64,000 bases of DNA from Lytechinus pictus (taxonomy: Eukaryota), in the NCBI RefSeq assembly GCF_037042905.1, contig NC_087245.1:19098001-19162000 (forward strand). Direction: 5' to 3'. A program made the translations under genes and the position numbers. The notes under the pieces are model-generated. The model had not been told where the DNA came from, did not search any database, and saw nothing but the letters and a program-made list of their open reading frames with translations. Every line of letters begins with the position of its first letter. Position 1 is the first letter of the stretch. This document shows positions 63,350-64,000 of this stretch, piece after piece.

Positions 63350-63516
63350 CCATTGGAACATGTATACAAATGATGCATGGGTTAGAGTGGGTCAGTAGGA
63401 ACTGTGTGCACAAGGTAACTTTGGCATGGTTTAGACCATAATGCCAAAGTTACCGCGTGCACACAGTTCCACTGACCCACGAAAGAAACCCATGCATCAT
63501 CTGTTTTATAGAATGG
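63350..63516. repeat. Near-perfect hairpin/palindrome of about 165 bp (MITE-like)
   Basis: atgatgcatgggtt..gtgggtcagt..ggaactgtgtgcac..ggtaactttggcat paired with atgccaaagttacc..gtgcacacagttcc..actgacccac..aacccatgcatcat. Confidence 0.8.
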
Positions 63517-64000
63517 AAAAATTTTATTGAATAAACCACAAAAATTAATGATTTACCGGATGCATGATAATTTCATGCGTCCAGTAAATTCAATTTACTG
63601 GACGCATGAAAATATTTACTGGACACATGATTTTTTTTACCGGACGCATGATTTTTTACCGGATGCATGAAAATTCCAAAATGTAATGCAGACCCTTTGA
63701 TAACCCTGGAAAACATAAATATGTATGCCTAACTTGATAATATGTTGGCACAAAGGCATCATTATACCCAAAATGCCAGATACAGCTTTGCATTGACTAG
63801 ATCTATGACTGAGGCAGCCTCAGACCTCCAATAGCTGTGTGTGTATGCCCGGGCCGTGCCGGTGGCCAGTGCCTACGGCTGCCTGGGCCCGCAGTGGAGA
63901 TTTGGCTGTGCACAGCCAGCCCAGGGCAGTAGATCTATAAACGTTAGATCGTATGTCTGGACTTCTCAACTAACGAGTATGCAGGCAGTTTTAATCCCTA

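Overview
AT-rich, intron-rich animal genomic DNA. The repeat landscape (poly-G tracts, tRNA-SINEs, many MITEs) looks like a sea urchin or other invertebrate deuterostome; this is an inference. Two convergent protein-coding genes fill the window. (1) A complete 12-exon NGLY1 (peptide:N-glycanase; PUB, transglutaminase-like core and PAW domains; about 613 aa) on + at 3425-18683. (2) The 3' part of a neurobeachin-like BEACH-domain gene (NBEAL1/2 type) on -, with 32 in-frame exons from 63022 to 25898 (about 1,795 aa here); its 5' end lies beyond the window. I reconstructed every exon by hand with GT-AG boundaries and consistent phases. The introns hold non-autonomous mobile DNA: a 7.66 kb PIF/Harbinger-like element with nested cargo, a Helentron/HINE-like element with an internal tandem array, piggyBac-, Kolobok-, Tc1- and hAT-like MITEs, tRNA-derived SINEs, a 2.7 kb foldback structure and long microsatellites. 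The most notable observations are a 66-nt cryptic exon in the NBEAL gene that appears to duplicate the end of the preceding exon, a 48-nt microexon, the giant ORF-less Harbinger-like element, and apparently abutting 3' ends of the two genes. I found no convincing new multi-gene system, and no prokaryotic-type system such as CRISPR.
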